A stretch of 64,000 nt of DNA from Octopus vulgaris (taxonomy: Eukaryota): NCBI GenBank assembly GCA_951406725.2, contig OX597816.1, positions 53,010,001 to 53,074,000 on the forward strand, read 5' to 3'. The notes beneath the pieces were generated by a model. The model had not been told where the DNA came from, made no database searches, and worked only from the letters and a program-made list of their open reading frames with translations. The position numbers and the translations under genes were made by a program. Of this stretch, positions 51,717-63,399 are shown in pieces (the stretch's first letter is position 1; each line of letters starts with the position of its first letter).

Positions 51717-52275
51717 TGTTCGTCCTTCGGGTTCGAAGATGACCACTGACATCATCTGGTGGAACTGCCGCTATGAGACCGGAGGTGGCTGGTGAGGCCA
51801 ATCCGGGCAAGGAAGCCTCCCACAGGTGGGGCAGAAGTGGGTAGGGGCCGTGCTACTGGTGCAGGCGGCTCTGGCTTTCCGCATCTGGCGTTTCTGCTCT
51901 GCTGACCGAATCCGTCCCTTCCTCAGCTGTCTCTGCTCCTGTGGTAATTGCGCTGCGCCAGGATGAGCGGTCGGCAGCAAGTGTCTCCCAAGTCTCTGTG
52001 CCGATGGAGAAGTCTTTGAGAGAGACCTTGAGACTGTACTTATATATATATATGTATGTGTGTGTATATGTTTGTGTGTCTGTGTTTGTACCCCCAACAT
52101 CGCTTGACAACCGATGCTGGTGTGTTTACATCCCCATAACTTAGCGGTTCGGCAAAAAAGACTGATAGAATAAGTACTAGGCTTACAAAGAATAAGTCCT
52201 CGGGTCGATTTGCTCAGCTAAAGGCGGTGCTCCAGCATGGCCACAGTCAAATGGCTGAAACAATTAAAAGAGTAA
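51441..52275 (+). mobile_element. SINE family B with nested insertions in its TA tract
   Basis: Head 51441-51603, tail 52040-52275. Confidence 0.85.
51716..52037 (-). mobile_element. RTE-clade LINE 3' fragment
   Basis: SLKVSLKDFSI..WETLAADRSSWRSAI; C-terminal CPTCGR..GL.SH.R zinc finger. Confidence 0.8.
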
Positions 52276-53752
52276 CAGAAAAAGAATAGATTTCATCCAT
52301 TGTTTGATCTAGTACCACTGCCTTGTCTTAAGTACTTTAGCAGAAACGTCTCTATTATGGTTATGTAGTTCCAAAGTTTGCTTCACAAAACTATGGATTT
52401 TCAGATTTGATCCCATTGTGTGACATCTTGAGCTGGTGACTTCTACTATAGCATTGGGTTGACCAATGCTTTCTGAGTGAAATTAGGTAGATGGAAACTG
52501 TATAGAAGTCTTTTGTGTATGTGCATGAGCATGTTTTTGAGTGCGTGTCTGTATATGTTTGTTTGTATGTGTCTTGACCCTGTCACCACTTGGGTAGTGC
52601 TGTTGTTGTTTATGTCTTATATAAACAGAAAACTTGATATCTCAATGGTTCAACATGCAAAGATGTGGAATAAAGCACTTTATTTGTAAACAAGTAATGG
52701 TTAGCATCGTGAATGGCATCTCGCTGTAGAACACTGTCACAAAAATCCCTTCTAACCCACGCCAACATTGGAACAAAACGAAATCACACATAAAAAACCC
52801 AAAAATAATGATGTTGACGCTGCTGCTAATGATAATGATGATGATAGTAGTATATGATTACGATGTAATGTTTGATTTCAGTAAATATTATGATGATTAG
52901 AAAATCAATATCACACATTTATTGGTTAATAATCAATTAACAGATACAGAGCTCAGCAAAATAGCATTTACTATAATGTAGATATCAGACTGTAAAATAT
53001 TCACACCACAAGACAAAAATTATATGAAGCATGATAAACTGTGTCCAAAGTTCTTGTCATTATAACTGTAATGCTTAGATCATAATAAAGCAGTAGTACA
53101 AATATTGGATTCAAATTTTGGCACAGGGCCAGCAATTTCAAGGTGGGGGCTGATTGATTACATCAACCCCAGTGTTCAACTGTACTTATTTTATCGATCC
53201 CAGAAAGCTAAAAGGCAAAGTCAACCATGACAGAATTTGAACTCAGAACATAAAGACAGGTGGAATGCTGCTAACAATTCAATCATCTCATTACCTTTAT
53301 TACTTTGAATATTCCTTTCAAACTTTGATACAAGGCCAGCAACTTTGGGGTCGTGGTTAAATCAATTACATTGACCCCACTGCTCAACTGGTATTTATCT
53401 TATCAAGCCTGAAAGGGTGAAAGGTAAGATCAGCCTCAACAGAATTTGATCTCAGAATGTAAAGACAGACGAAATGTCACTAAACATTTGCCTGGTATGC
53501 TTACAATTCTGCCAGCTTGCAGCCTTCTTTAGTACTATGAATATTAATAATATTAGATACAGTGCCGACATGGCTGTGTACATATGGAGTTCACTTTGTA
53601 ACCATGCAGTTTCAAATTCTAACTGCAAAATATCTTGGGCAAGTATCTTCTATTGTAGGCTTGGCTCAACCAATACCTTGTGAATGGAATTAATAAATGG
53701 AAACTTGATAGAAGTGTACGTATGTATGTATGTATGTATGTATGTATGTACA

Positions 53753-53956
53753 GTTAATCCAAACATGAACAAAGAGAAAACACAGCAACGCAAGGACATA
53801 GAACAAGTTTAGTGTTATTGAACGCTCAAGAAAGGAAAGAAAGAAGGAGGATATAACGTTTTGAGTGGAGCTCTTCATCAGAAACATAGAAAAAGGAAAG
53901 GTCCAAGGAAGGGAAAACGGAGAAAGAAAATCACCAACGATACACACGCGGTCACA
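53753..53956 (-). mobile_element. Family H1 element (hammerhead 53851-53885, GAAA mutated to AAAA)
   Basis: Homology to 30813-31012. Confidence 0.75.
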
Positions 53957-55320
53957 TATTGAAATGACCAGAAGGAAATGGATGAAGAAAAAGTTCTTTC
54001 AAAGACAGGAGAGTGCAAGAGAAGGAGGTATGCATGGGTATGTGTGTGCGCACAGGTCTGTGTGAGTGTATGTATGTTTGTTTTAAGTATGTATGTATGT
54101 ATGTATGTATCTATCTATCTATGTATGTATCTATGTATGGGTGTATTTGTGCATGCATGTTACAAATGTTAAAATTCAATGTCTCTGTTTATCAACACCT
54201 GAGTGAAACAAACAGTGATGTGATATATTACTGAGGATATCAATGTCAATAGATAACAAAGAAAAAAATAGGAACAAACAATACTTGATTTTAAATAAAT
54301 AAGCTGAAATAATACAACCAGCCATCACTTGCAAGCAGATATGACACAGTTACAGGATCATACTTTCAGTACTTGCTGTAGTTGCCCATGTTGACACTAT
54401 TATGGATCCATCCACCATAGTATCCAGAATGTGACAACTAAATGGGAGAGACCTGCACAAGCAGCCAGTAAGTAATCATTTACTGCTGAGCAGATTAGAA
54501 ACAGATGATATGAAGTGCTTTGCTCAAGAACACAATATACCAACCAATCCAAGAATTGAATCTATAGCCTTAGGATCACGAGTTAAATATTTTAACCATT
54601 AGACCAAGCATTTTCACAGGCTGATGTAGTAAGAGTGCAATTACTACTATTCCCGCCACCCTTGAATTTTTTTCTAAGTTCCTAATGTAAATGTTCGTGT
54701 ATTCTTTTCGCCTGTCATTTTTGACATGTTATCCATTATTAATACTGTATTATCATGTCATTCTATAACATATAATGCACATTAGCTGTAAAGTCAAGAT
54801 ATTGGATGACTGAGCACACACTCACGCAGTTATGACTCTAAACTTTACATCAACAATGGCCAAGAAATATATCTTTACCTCCCACTGTCTGCTTGCCTGA
54901 CAATGGTTCTCATTTCTAATATACAGTTTAGTTGTCACAAGTGGACAAGGATGCAACTAAAAATCAATAATCCCAAATATGCCACATTTTCAAAATGTGA
55001 AAAAAGAATTTTCTTCAACAAGGAAAATGAAAAAAAAAACAATATTTGAAAATTCTATTTTTATGTTCTTTATATCCTACTCCAAACAAAAGCATAAATG
55101 TAGAATCATTTACAGTTTTGAATACACAGAAATTCTTGGAAATTCTTTCATCCATCATATTTTCTCGTCAGCTTGTTTAACCAACTTCATGGAAAACTTG
55201 TTTCGATAGATGTGATCAATCACATTATATATATATATTCCAGGACAAAAATCATGTCTTGAATCCCAGTTAAGGATTAAATATTGCATCTGTGTGAAAG
55301 AGATTGAATATCAATATCGT

Positions 55321-55388
55321 CTTACCTTACTGCAATTCAAAGATAAAATAGGCTCTTACTTACCTGTAAAGGAAAGGAAAAGAAAATA
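55321..55388 (-). other. Candidate recursive splice site or 38-nt micro-exon
   Basis: Minus strand TTTTCTTTTCCTTTCCTTTACAG|GTAAGT; second donor AAG|GTAAG 38 nt downstream. Confidence 0.45.
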
Positions 55389-56025
55389 TATTATTATTTA
55401 ATTTAATAATACGCAGATTCATTTTTCTATCCAAACATTTATTATATTCAAAATTCATATTGACATATTATACATTGTAGACCATATATATAATCCATTT
55501 ATCTCAAATGTCCATCTTTTTTGCCTTCTTTTTGCCACTGAGAAGTTTTTAATGTAGATTAACACCAGTCTATACAGCAGAAATAATATTTAGAAGAACT
55601 CAAATTGAATGCAATCTATGCTAGAAATAAAAAGGTCCAGGAGAAAACAGAATAACACAATTTTAACCCGGTCATCACACCAGATTTTTAAGATTTGCTT
55701 TTCGTTTGTTTGACCATTTAGTCTTCAGATTACTATATCAAATGTAATAAAGATTTACTAACATCGCTATAAATTTAATCATGCTTTATCACATTCTTTA
55801 AATAATTTGATGATGTAATAGTTTATTTTTAGAATGACATTATGGGGTGGATGGTAGACGACAGATCTGGTCACTTTGAACATAAAAAAGGTGGAATATT
55901 TTGTGGAATAGTTGTGGCCATTTTAAATACCAAAGGGTTAAAGAAAAAAGTTTTAATTTATAAATTTAGCAGCTTCCTCTCTTACACACTCTCTCTTTCT
56001 CTCTTTCAATGTGTATGTGTATGTA

Positions 56026-56073
<48 letters not shown>

Positions 56074-56089
56074 AGGAGGAGATGGAAAG

Positions 56090-56424
56090 GAGACCCCCTT
56101 CGGTCATGAATGACCATAGGATTGCACCTAGAAAGTTACCCTCCAGGGCACAAGTTTGGGCAAGATTGTTTGCGGAAGACCAGCAGTCGCCCATGCATAC
56201 CAGCCTCCCATCTTCACACCAGTGATGTTATCCAAGGGAAAGGCAAAGTTCGATACAGCTCGGCACCAGTGATGTCGCAACTCATTTCTACAGCTGAGTT
56301 AACTGGAGCAACGTGAAATAAAGTGTCTTGCTCAAGAATACAACACACAGCCTGGTCCAAGAATCAAACTCACAACCTCATGATCGTAAGCTCTACGCTC
56401 TAACCACTAACCCATGTGCCTTCA
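56090..56424 (-). mobile_element. SINE family D
   Basis: Reverse homolog of 18712-19050. Confidence 0.85.
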
Positions 56425-56447
56425 TACACACACACATACACACACAA

Positions 56448-56487
<40 letters not shown>

Positions 56488-57923
56488 CAACACACACACA
56501 GACACATATATCTCTGTATTAAAGATATTATGGGGTATACATAATTTTATCCATCGCTGCAGTCATAAATTAAATAAATTTAGTGAACACATAAGATTGT
56601 AAATGTATAACAAGTTATGTATGACATGTTTATACAATCTTACCATGAAAGCAAGTGGGCAATCGGCTGGATATTATGACTGTCTTACATATCTTGGTAT
56701 CTCATAATGCTATTTGATTTATGAAAGGTAAGTTATAAGAGGTTGTTACATTTTCCCTCCTTTTAAAATGATTAAGAATAAACTGAAAATTTATATTTTT
56801 ATCAGTTGCTTTTGTTATAAATAAGCAATTTGCTTATATTGTTTACTGTTAGTTAGAGTCATCATCAAAAGTGGCATTTTATGTCTGTTTTTCCATGGTA
56901 ACAAGGTTTCGATGGTTTGTCTGAGAGGGTTTTACAGACAGAGACTCTTCCTGTTGCTAAGAATCTTGATTGCTTCTTACAACACACAGGGATGCAGTGA
57001 ATTCTAAAACTCATAATCAACTAAATAAATAAAATTCAAAAACTGGTTCTATTTAATATAATTGTTGGGTGTGAATTGGAAGAGAGAGAATTTTAATCTA
57101 CTATTTCATATTCAGTAACATTGTGTGTCATAAGGTCTTGTCAATTAGACAGTGGAAATCAGAGGGTGCCACCATTATTGGGCTGTGCTCAGGACATCAG
57201 TTGGCCTTAATCCAACCTTGGTTGTGACTAATCATAATTTATTTCAGCAAGATTACAAAACCTAAGTCCAGTGAGTTCATAAGATGTAACATTGGACACT
57301 CTATAATGTTTTGTTTGTTTTGATTTTGATTAAATCATGCTAGGGCATGTTTAGCATTTCATTACTCTGTCTTCAACAAGTGTGCAAGATATTAAATTGA
57401 CTTTGCTTTGTTCCACAACAAAAATATAAAAATAAATGTTTTTGTGTCTTATGAAAACAAATCAATTTTATGAAATAAACTTAAATGGAAATGCACTAAC
57501 CAGAGATTACTTATAAATCATTTCAGCTTAGTGTTTGACAGACTATTTTTAATTTTAAACCAAAGCTAACTCTGTTCACTTCAAGACAATACAGCTGAAA
57601 AGGTTTTGCAGATAACCCTGCACTTGTCACTTAGTGATTTTGCAAAATAAATCCACAACTGTAAGAAGTAGCCTAAAATTACAAGAAGTTTTCGAAAATA
57701 TTCAAACAAAAATATTCAAACAAAAACAGGGTGTCTAACAAGGTGCTGTCATAGAGTTAAGAAGTTAGCATCACAGTTGAGTGTTTCCAGGCTGAATCTC
57801 ACAGTTCAATACCTTAAGTAATTTCTACTACCAAATAACAAAAGCCTCGTGAGTATCATTTGGGGGATCGGAAACCAAGATTTCCAGTGGATGGGATTAT
57901 AAATATAAGTATATATATATATA

Positions 57924-58130
57924 GTTAATCCAAACATGAAAACACAAAGAGAAAACACAATGACGCGAGGACATGGAACAAATATAGTATTATTGGACAC
58001 TCAGGAAGGAAGGGAAAAAGGAGGGTTCTACGTTTCAAGTGGAGCTCTTCATCAGAAACATAGGAAAAGGAAAGATCCAGAGAAGGGAAGACGGAGGAAA
58101 AAAATCGCCAACGGTACACACGCGGTCACA
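57924..58130 (-). mobile_element. Family H1 element (hammerhead 58025-58059)
   Basis: GUUU-CUGAUGA-A-GAG(CUCCA)CUU-GAAA-CG-UA-GAAC. Confidence 0.78.
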
Positions 58131-58133
58131 TTT

Positions 58134-58167
<34 letters not shown>

Positions 58168-58242
58168 CATTTAGAGATAGTAGGCCCCTTCATCTCACCG
58201 TATAAAAGAATTCAAATTTAAATACTTACTACTTTATAACTT

Positions 58243-58336
58243 GGCTACACGTGTTTCTTGAGGTACATTTCCCAGTTGCTTAACCACGCTGTGTTTTGCT
58301 GGAAACATTCTTAAAATATACCCCAATCATCAGGCC
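58243..58336 (-). ncRNA. Type I hammerhead ribozyme (left arm)
   Basis: GGC-CUGAUGA-[13-bp stem II]-GAAA-C(ACGU)G-UA-GCC; palindromic ACACGUGU helix III. Confidence 0.85.
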
Positions 58337-58377
58337 TTCTCATAGTTTGATATCTAACTATGAGAAAGTGATATAGA

Positions 58378-58471
58378 GGCCTGATGATTGGGGTATATTT
58401 TAAGAATGGTTCCAGCAAAACACGGCGTGGTTAAGGAACCGGGAAATGTACCTCAAGAAACATGTGTAGCC
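58378..58471 (+). ncRNA. Type I hammerhead ribozyme (right arm)
   Basis: GGC-CUGAUGA-UUGGGGUAUAUUU...AAAUGUACCUCAA-GAAA-C(AUGU)G-UA-GCC. Confidence 0.85.
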
Positions 58472-58624
58472 AAGTTATAAAGTAGTAAGTATTTAAATTT
58501 GAATTCTTTTATATGGTGAGATGAAGGGGCCTACTATCTCTAAATAAAAATATATATTTCCTCATTGAGAATAATTTGAACCCCTGTTATGCCGGAATTT
58601 TTATTCCCTAACAAATAAAATTAA

Positions 58625-58697
<73 letters not shown>

Positions 58698-59458
58698 AAG
58701 GGTGGAAGAGAGAGAGAGACAGACAGATAGATAGCTAGACAGATATTTATATACATATATATACACAGTCAATCAAATATATTCAATGAGAATACAGCAT
58801 ACTGAATTTCAAATAAGTAAATATATATACATATATACACACACACGCATGTGTGTGTATGTCAAAAGAATTCATTGAGCTACAGTAAGAAGATGAAACC
58901 TCTTCCCTCTATCTTCACCAAATATCAACCAAGTTCATGTTTTCCATCATTTACCCATTCTTGAAGTTACTTAATCACCCTTTTTGTGATCTTCATGCTC
59001 CTTTTTTCATTGTATAATTTGTTCCTGCATGACCATATTCACCAGAAGTAGAGCGCTACAGTGTTGCATTATATTCTATAAACCACTTCATTTTACACCT
59101 TTTGATAACTGACAGAAATGTTCATATTTTGCTGTCTTCTATATAATTTATTTCTTGACAGACACTTTCATTAATTAGAAGGGTGTTTTAGTTTGTTGCT
59201 TGTGAACTAAACTAGTGCCCTTAGTTTGATGTTCATATGGAATGCAAAATATCCATTAATAACATTTCATTTCAAAAGCCATGATACTTTATTCGCTTTT
59301 GGTATCACTATCCATGATTCATACCAATAAAGTAGAGCTGAAATTATGCTTGCTCTTATAGATGCAGTTTTTTTTTTGTTGTTATTATTGCATTCTTCTT
59401 ATTTTTTTTTGAACAGGGAACTTTGCAAATTTCTATAAAGCAATATAAGTAAGATACC

Positions 59459-59685
59459 TATTTCTTTATTACCCACAAGGGGCTAAACAGAGGGGACAAA
59501 CAAGGACAGACATAGGTATTAAGTCGATTACATCGACCCCAGTTCGTAACTGGTACTTAATTTATCGACTGCGAAAGGATGAAAGGCAAAGTCGACCTCG
59601 GTGGAATTTGAACTCACAATGTAACACAGACGAAATACCGCTAAGCATTTCGCCCGGCGTGCTAACGCTTTTGCCAGCTCACCGC
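59459..59685 (-). mobile_element. SINE family A with target-site duplication
   Basis: CAATATAAGTAAGATACC at 59441-59458 and 59685-59702. Confidence 0.92.
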
Positions 59686-61541
59686 AATATAAGTAAGATA
59701 CCATCATGAAAAAACTTAGTTGAATCAAACTATCTCTCAATTAAACCTTAAGTGAGATGTAGTCTTAGTCATGTTTATGGTTCTATTTACACCTAACCTA
59801 GAAATTTTATCTAGATCCCCCAGTACTTACTAGCATCAGCAGGATGAGGGGCAAAGTTGATCAGAGGTAGAATTTGAACTCAAAATATATGGGTTATAAT
59901 TAATACTGTGGGATAAATTACCCAATAGTCTAACAATTCAGCCAATCTATAACCATATTTTATACTTCTGGGGAAAACAGCATTATCAGATATTCTTTAA
60001 AAATATTCCTTCATAACATATGTGATAAATCTAACTAGGCACTTGCTCTCAAGTGTATGAGAAACTCAGGTAATAAAAAAGCAAAACATCTTTACATTAA
60101 TTAATTAGCCTTAGGACTTAGGAATGATTTTAATGAAGAATGTATAAATGAAGGTATAACTGAATCTTGTTAGTGGCAGCTTGACGAAGAAGAATTATTT
60201 GCTTTTCCACAGGTCAGCTTATCAGGTGGGAACAATTGATGACAACCTTCCACAGTTTGCAAAGGGTTTGTAACATCATTTTTGCAATTAACACCAGCTG
60301 CAAGTTGTGATAGAGCAAGTGATAGAAGGATGACTTCTGAACTAAAGTTCTGTATTTAAAGCATTTACAATCAAGATATCAAAAATCATTAATACACCAT
60401 GCATATTTTCTAATTTTCACATTCTTTTTTTTTTTCTTTTTAGCTTAACTAGATGGTTAAGGACACTTTTCATAGCCTCTGAGTCAGGTGCCATAAAGGG
60501 AGAAAATTGTCTCCAAAGCACTAATCTGGCCTGCAAATTTCTCACAGAGTAAAGTCTAGAAGTAGACACTTAAGGACCAGGTAGGGATATTAAACCAGGT
60601 AATGAATTTAGTCAACCATTTAAGAGCAGGTATTGTGTCTTTATTTCTACACAATTTCCAAGAATCAAATTTCACTCACAAGGCCTATGGTGATAATAAT
60701 AGAAGATAACTGCTCACAATGTTATACAGTAAATTTCTAAACCACACTGCTATATTCACACCCATATACTCAAGTACTTACAATAAGAAGACATCAAATT
60801 TTATCACTAGATAGGGATATGTAACAAAGTGGATGGTCAGAAAACTAAACAGCAGTATGAATGTGTTACTGATATTTTTATTGCGTAAAAAGGAGAAGCA
60901 CAAATATCTGATTCCAAAACGTTCAAGTTAAGGTTCAATAAAAAGAACAGACTTAATCAGAGCAGAAAAGTCAGTTTCCATGGCACTTTTCACAAACTTT
61001 GACACTGGTGGATGGAAGAGAAGACACTACCCTTTGACCAGACTAAAACCTAGTCCAAATGTCTGCAGCAGAGTGGACCCTGCTAAAGGTATCCAAGCTC
61101 CAAGAGGGAATGGTGTTCAACTGAGTGACTAATTAAGTCTACTACTGAAACAGGGACAGTCCATCTAATAGTTTTTCACACAGTTTCAGGCTACCAAATT
61201 TTGCCTTTCATAGTTTTTTTTTCGACTCAAGAAGAAGATACCTACTCAAGGTGATACACAACGGAATTGAGCTGGAATCTATGTAATTGCAAAACAAAAT
61301 TCTGAATTACACTGCTACAATTTATTTTCCCTTGTCCAGTTTAGCAGTTGTAATAGCTTAGCTTTAATACTCTAGAAATGGATCGTTGTCAGTTTTGATG
61401 ATTAGTCACTTGTTCAATCAACTGAACTATCCACTCATTAAATAAATCATATGTAATTGAGTATACTGCAAGCATATGAATCCTTAATATAATTCTTAAG
61501 CAGAATCAGTGTGACAGAATGTGACAAGATTAGCGCTTTAA

Positions 61542-61765
61542 CCCTTTTGATATCAACCTACCTGACACTACCCCTGAGTCTACGTTACAAACACCCAGTT
61601 TTAAAATGATTTTAATTAAAAATCTTCCACCAAAATTTGATATTAATTTATGTTCCAAACACCAGGTTAATAAATGACAAAGTTATTTTAATAAATTCAT
61701 CATTTTAGAAATCAAGTGAAACAGAGGAAGCAGTGTATTTCAAGAGAAATATGGTAACAAAATGG
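61542..61765. mobile_element. piggyBac-type MITE
   Basis: TTAA|CCCTTTTGATATC ... GGTAACAAAATGG|TTAA. Confidence 0.7.
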
Positions 61766-61944
61766 TTAAATTACAGGCATAATCCATTTAAAAGACTTCT
61801 GTAAAGTATCATCCATCCTAATTTCACTCACAAGGTTTAGGCAGACTAAAGACTGTGCTGACAGACACTTGCTCAAAATACCATACAGAAGAATCGAAAG
61901 ATAGACCTCATGAATGCAAAATTAATTTCCTAACCATTCAGCCA

Positions 61945-62525
61945 TCATCATTATCATCATCATCATCCAGTGTTTTAAATCCGGGTTTTGTCCCTGTTAA
62001 CTGGAGTGGCCAGATCTACCTCAATGCCATAGCAGCCACCCTCACACTATCTCGCCATCTTGCCCAGTTTGGGGCATCCTCCTTTTTCAAACCAAACCTC
62101 CCAATCTCCTCCTCCCCCTGTCCCCTCCACTTTTTCCCCCGTCTACCTCGCTTTCATGCTCCATTTACCTCAAACGCAATCACCCTCCCCAGAACATGCT
62201 CTTCATCCCTCCTCAACACATGCCCATACCTATTTCTTTACTATCCACAAGGGGCTAACACAGAGGGGACAAACAAGGACAGACAAACAGATTAAGTCGA
62301 TTACATCGACTCCAGTGCGTAACTGGTACTTAATTTATCGACCCTGAAAGGATGAAAGGCAAAGTCGACCTCAGTGGAATTTGAACTCAGAACGTAACGG
62401 CAGACGAAATACCGCTACGCATTTCGCCCGGCGTACTAACGATTCTGCCAGCTCACCGCCTCACAGGCTCATACCACCTCACTCCGTTTGTCCTAGCCAG
62501 CCATACTACTTCTCACTCCCTTAGA
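61945..62525 (-). mobile_element. RTE-clade LINE 3' fragment interrupted by a family A SINE (62231-62461)
   Basis: NGVRWY|GHVLRRDEEHVL..VNG..KRGR; (GAT)n tail; CATACC duplicated around the SINE. Confidence 0.75.
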
Positions 62526-62984
62526 TGACTGCTAAATACTACACAAGTTTTTGCCATTCTTGTCCTTCTTCAAATACCTTTAGGCAACAGTAATACTAAT
62601 AGTATTAACATCTCTCTCTATGGAAGCCTGGAATCACCACTATTCTACCAGCTGCAGTTTCCTAATATATGCAGGCCATATTCACCACAAAGACTATCAG
62701 TCATCTTCTGTACATGATTAAGATAATTTAATTAATGACTTATTTAGATAGATAACGAATGACTGAATGAATGAATGAATGAATGAATGAATGAACGAAT
62801 GGATGAATGAATAGTGGAGGCAGTGGTGGTGGTGGTGTTGGTGGTGGTGGTGGTAGTGGTAAATAATTGCAATTCTCCTTAGGTCTAGGAAATGAAACAA
62901 ACTTAGCATTTTTCTTCTTCCTTGCAACCAGCATTTGCAAATCAATTAAGAATTCTTCAGCTAAAAGAAAGAGAAAGAGATAGG

Positions 62985-63022
<38 letters not shown>

Positions 63023-63399
63023 GAGTGAAACAAAAAGTGAAAATGTGAGACTGGTATATCAAGGGGAATTTTGGTCTCACCCATTCCCAGTTATAACACA
63101 TACACATGATGTACAACACACAAAACCAATGTCATATACAATACACATATATACATCTTACATACACTCACACGTATATATAGCTTATAGACACATACAC
63201 ACATACACACACATATATATCTAATGTAGAACACATATGCAAATGGTGTTTAATACACACACATATGTGTACAGATGCGCATAGATGCTTATCACAGTGT
63301 GATAATGGCAAATGAAACCAGCGGACATTCTTTAAGGAGATAGCACACCTCATTGTGAAGTGAAAACAGGAAATGGGGCAGAAGAATAGGTTTGGTTAC

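Larger units (their letters stand above)
58160..58630. mobile_element. Fold-back element (family H6): ~178-bp inverted arms plus unique tail, in (TA)n
   Basis: 58160-58337 vs 58377-58555. Confidence 0.85.

Noticed and set aside
55710-55940. Possible second piggyBac MITE ending AAAGGGTTAA
   Set aside because: Left terminus too degraded to support from this sequence alone.
60170-60350. Stop-free frames and a DDNLPQF cadherin-like string
   Set aside because: Short, with several frames equally open and no consistent splice pair or extended motif.
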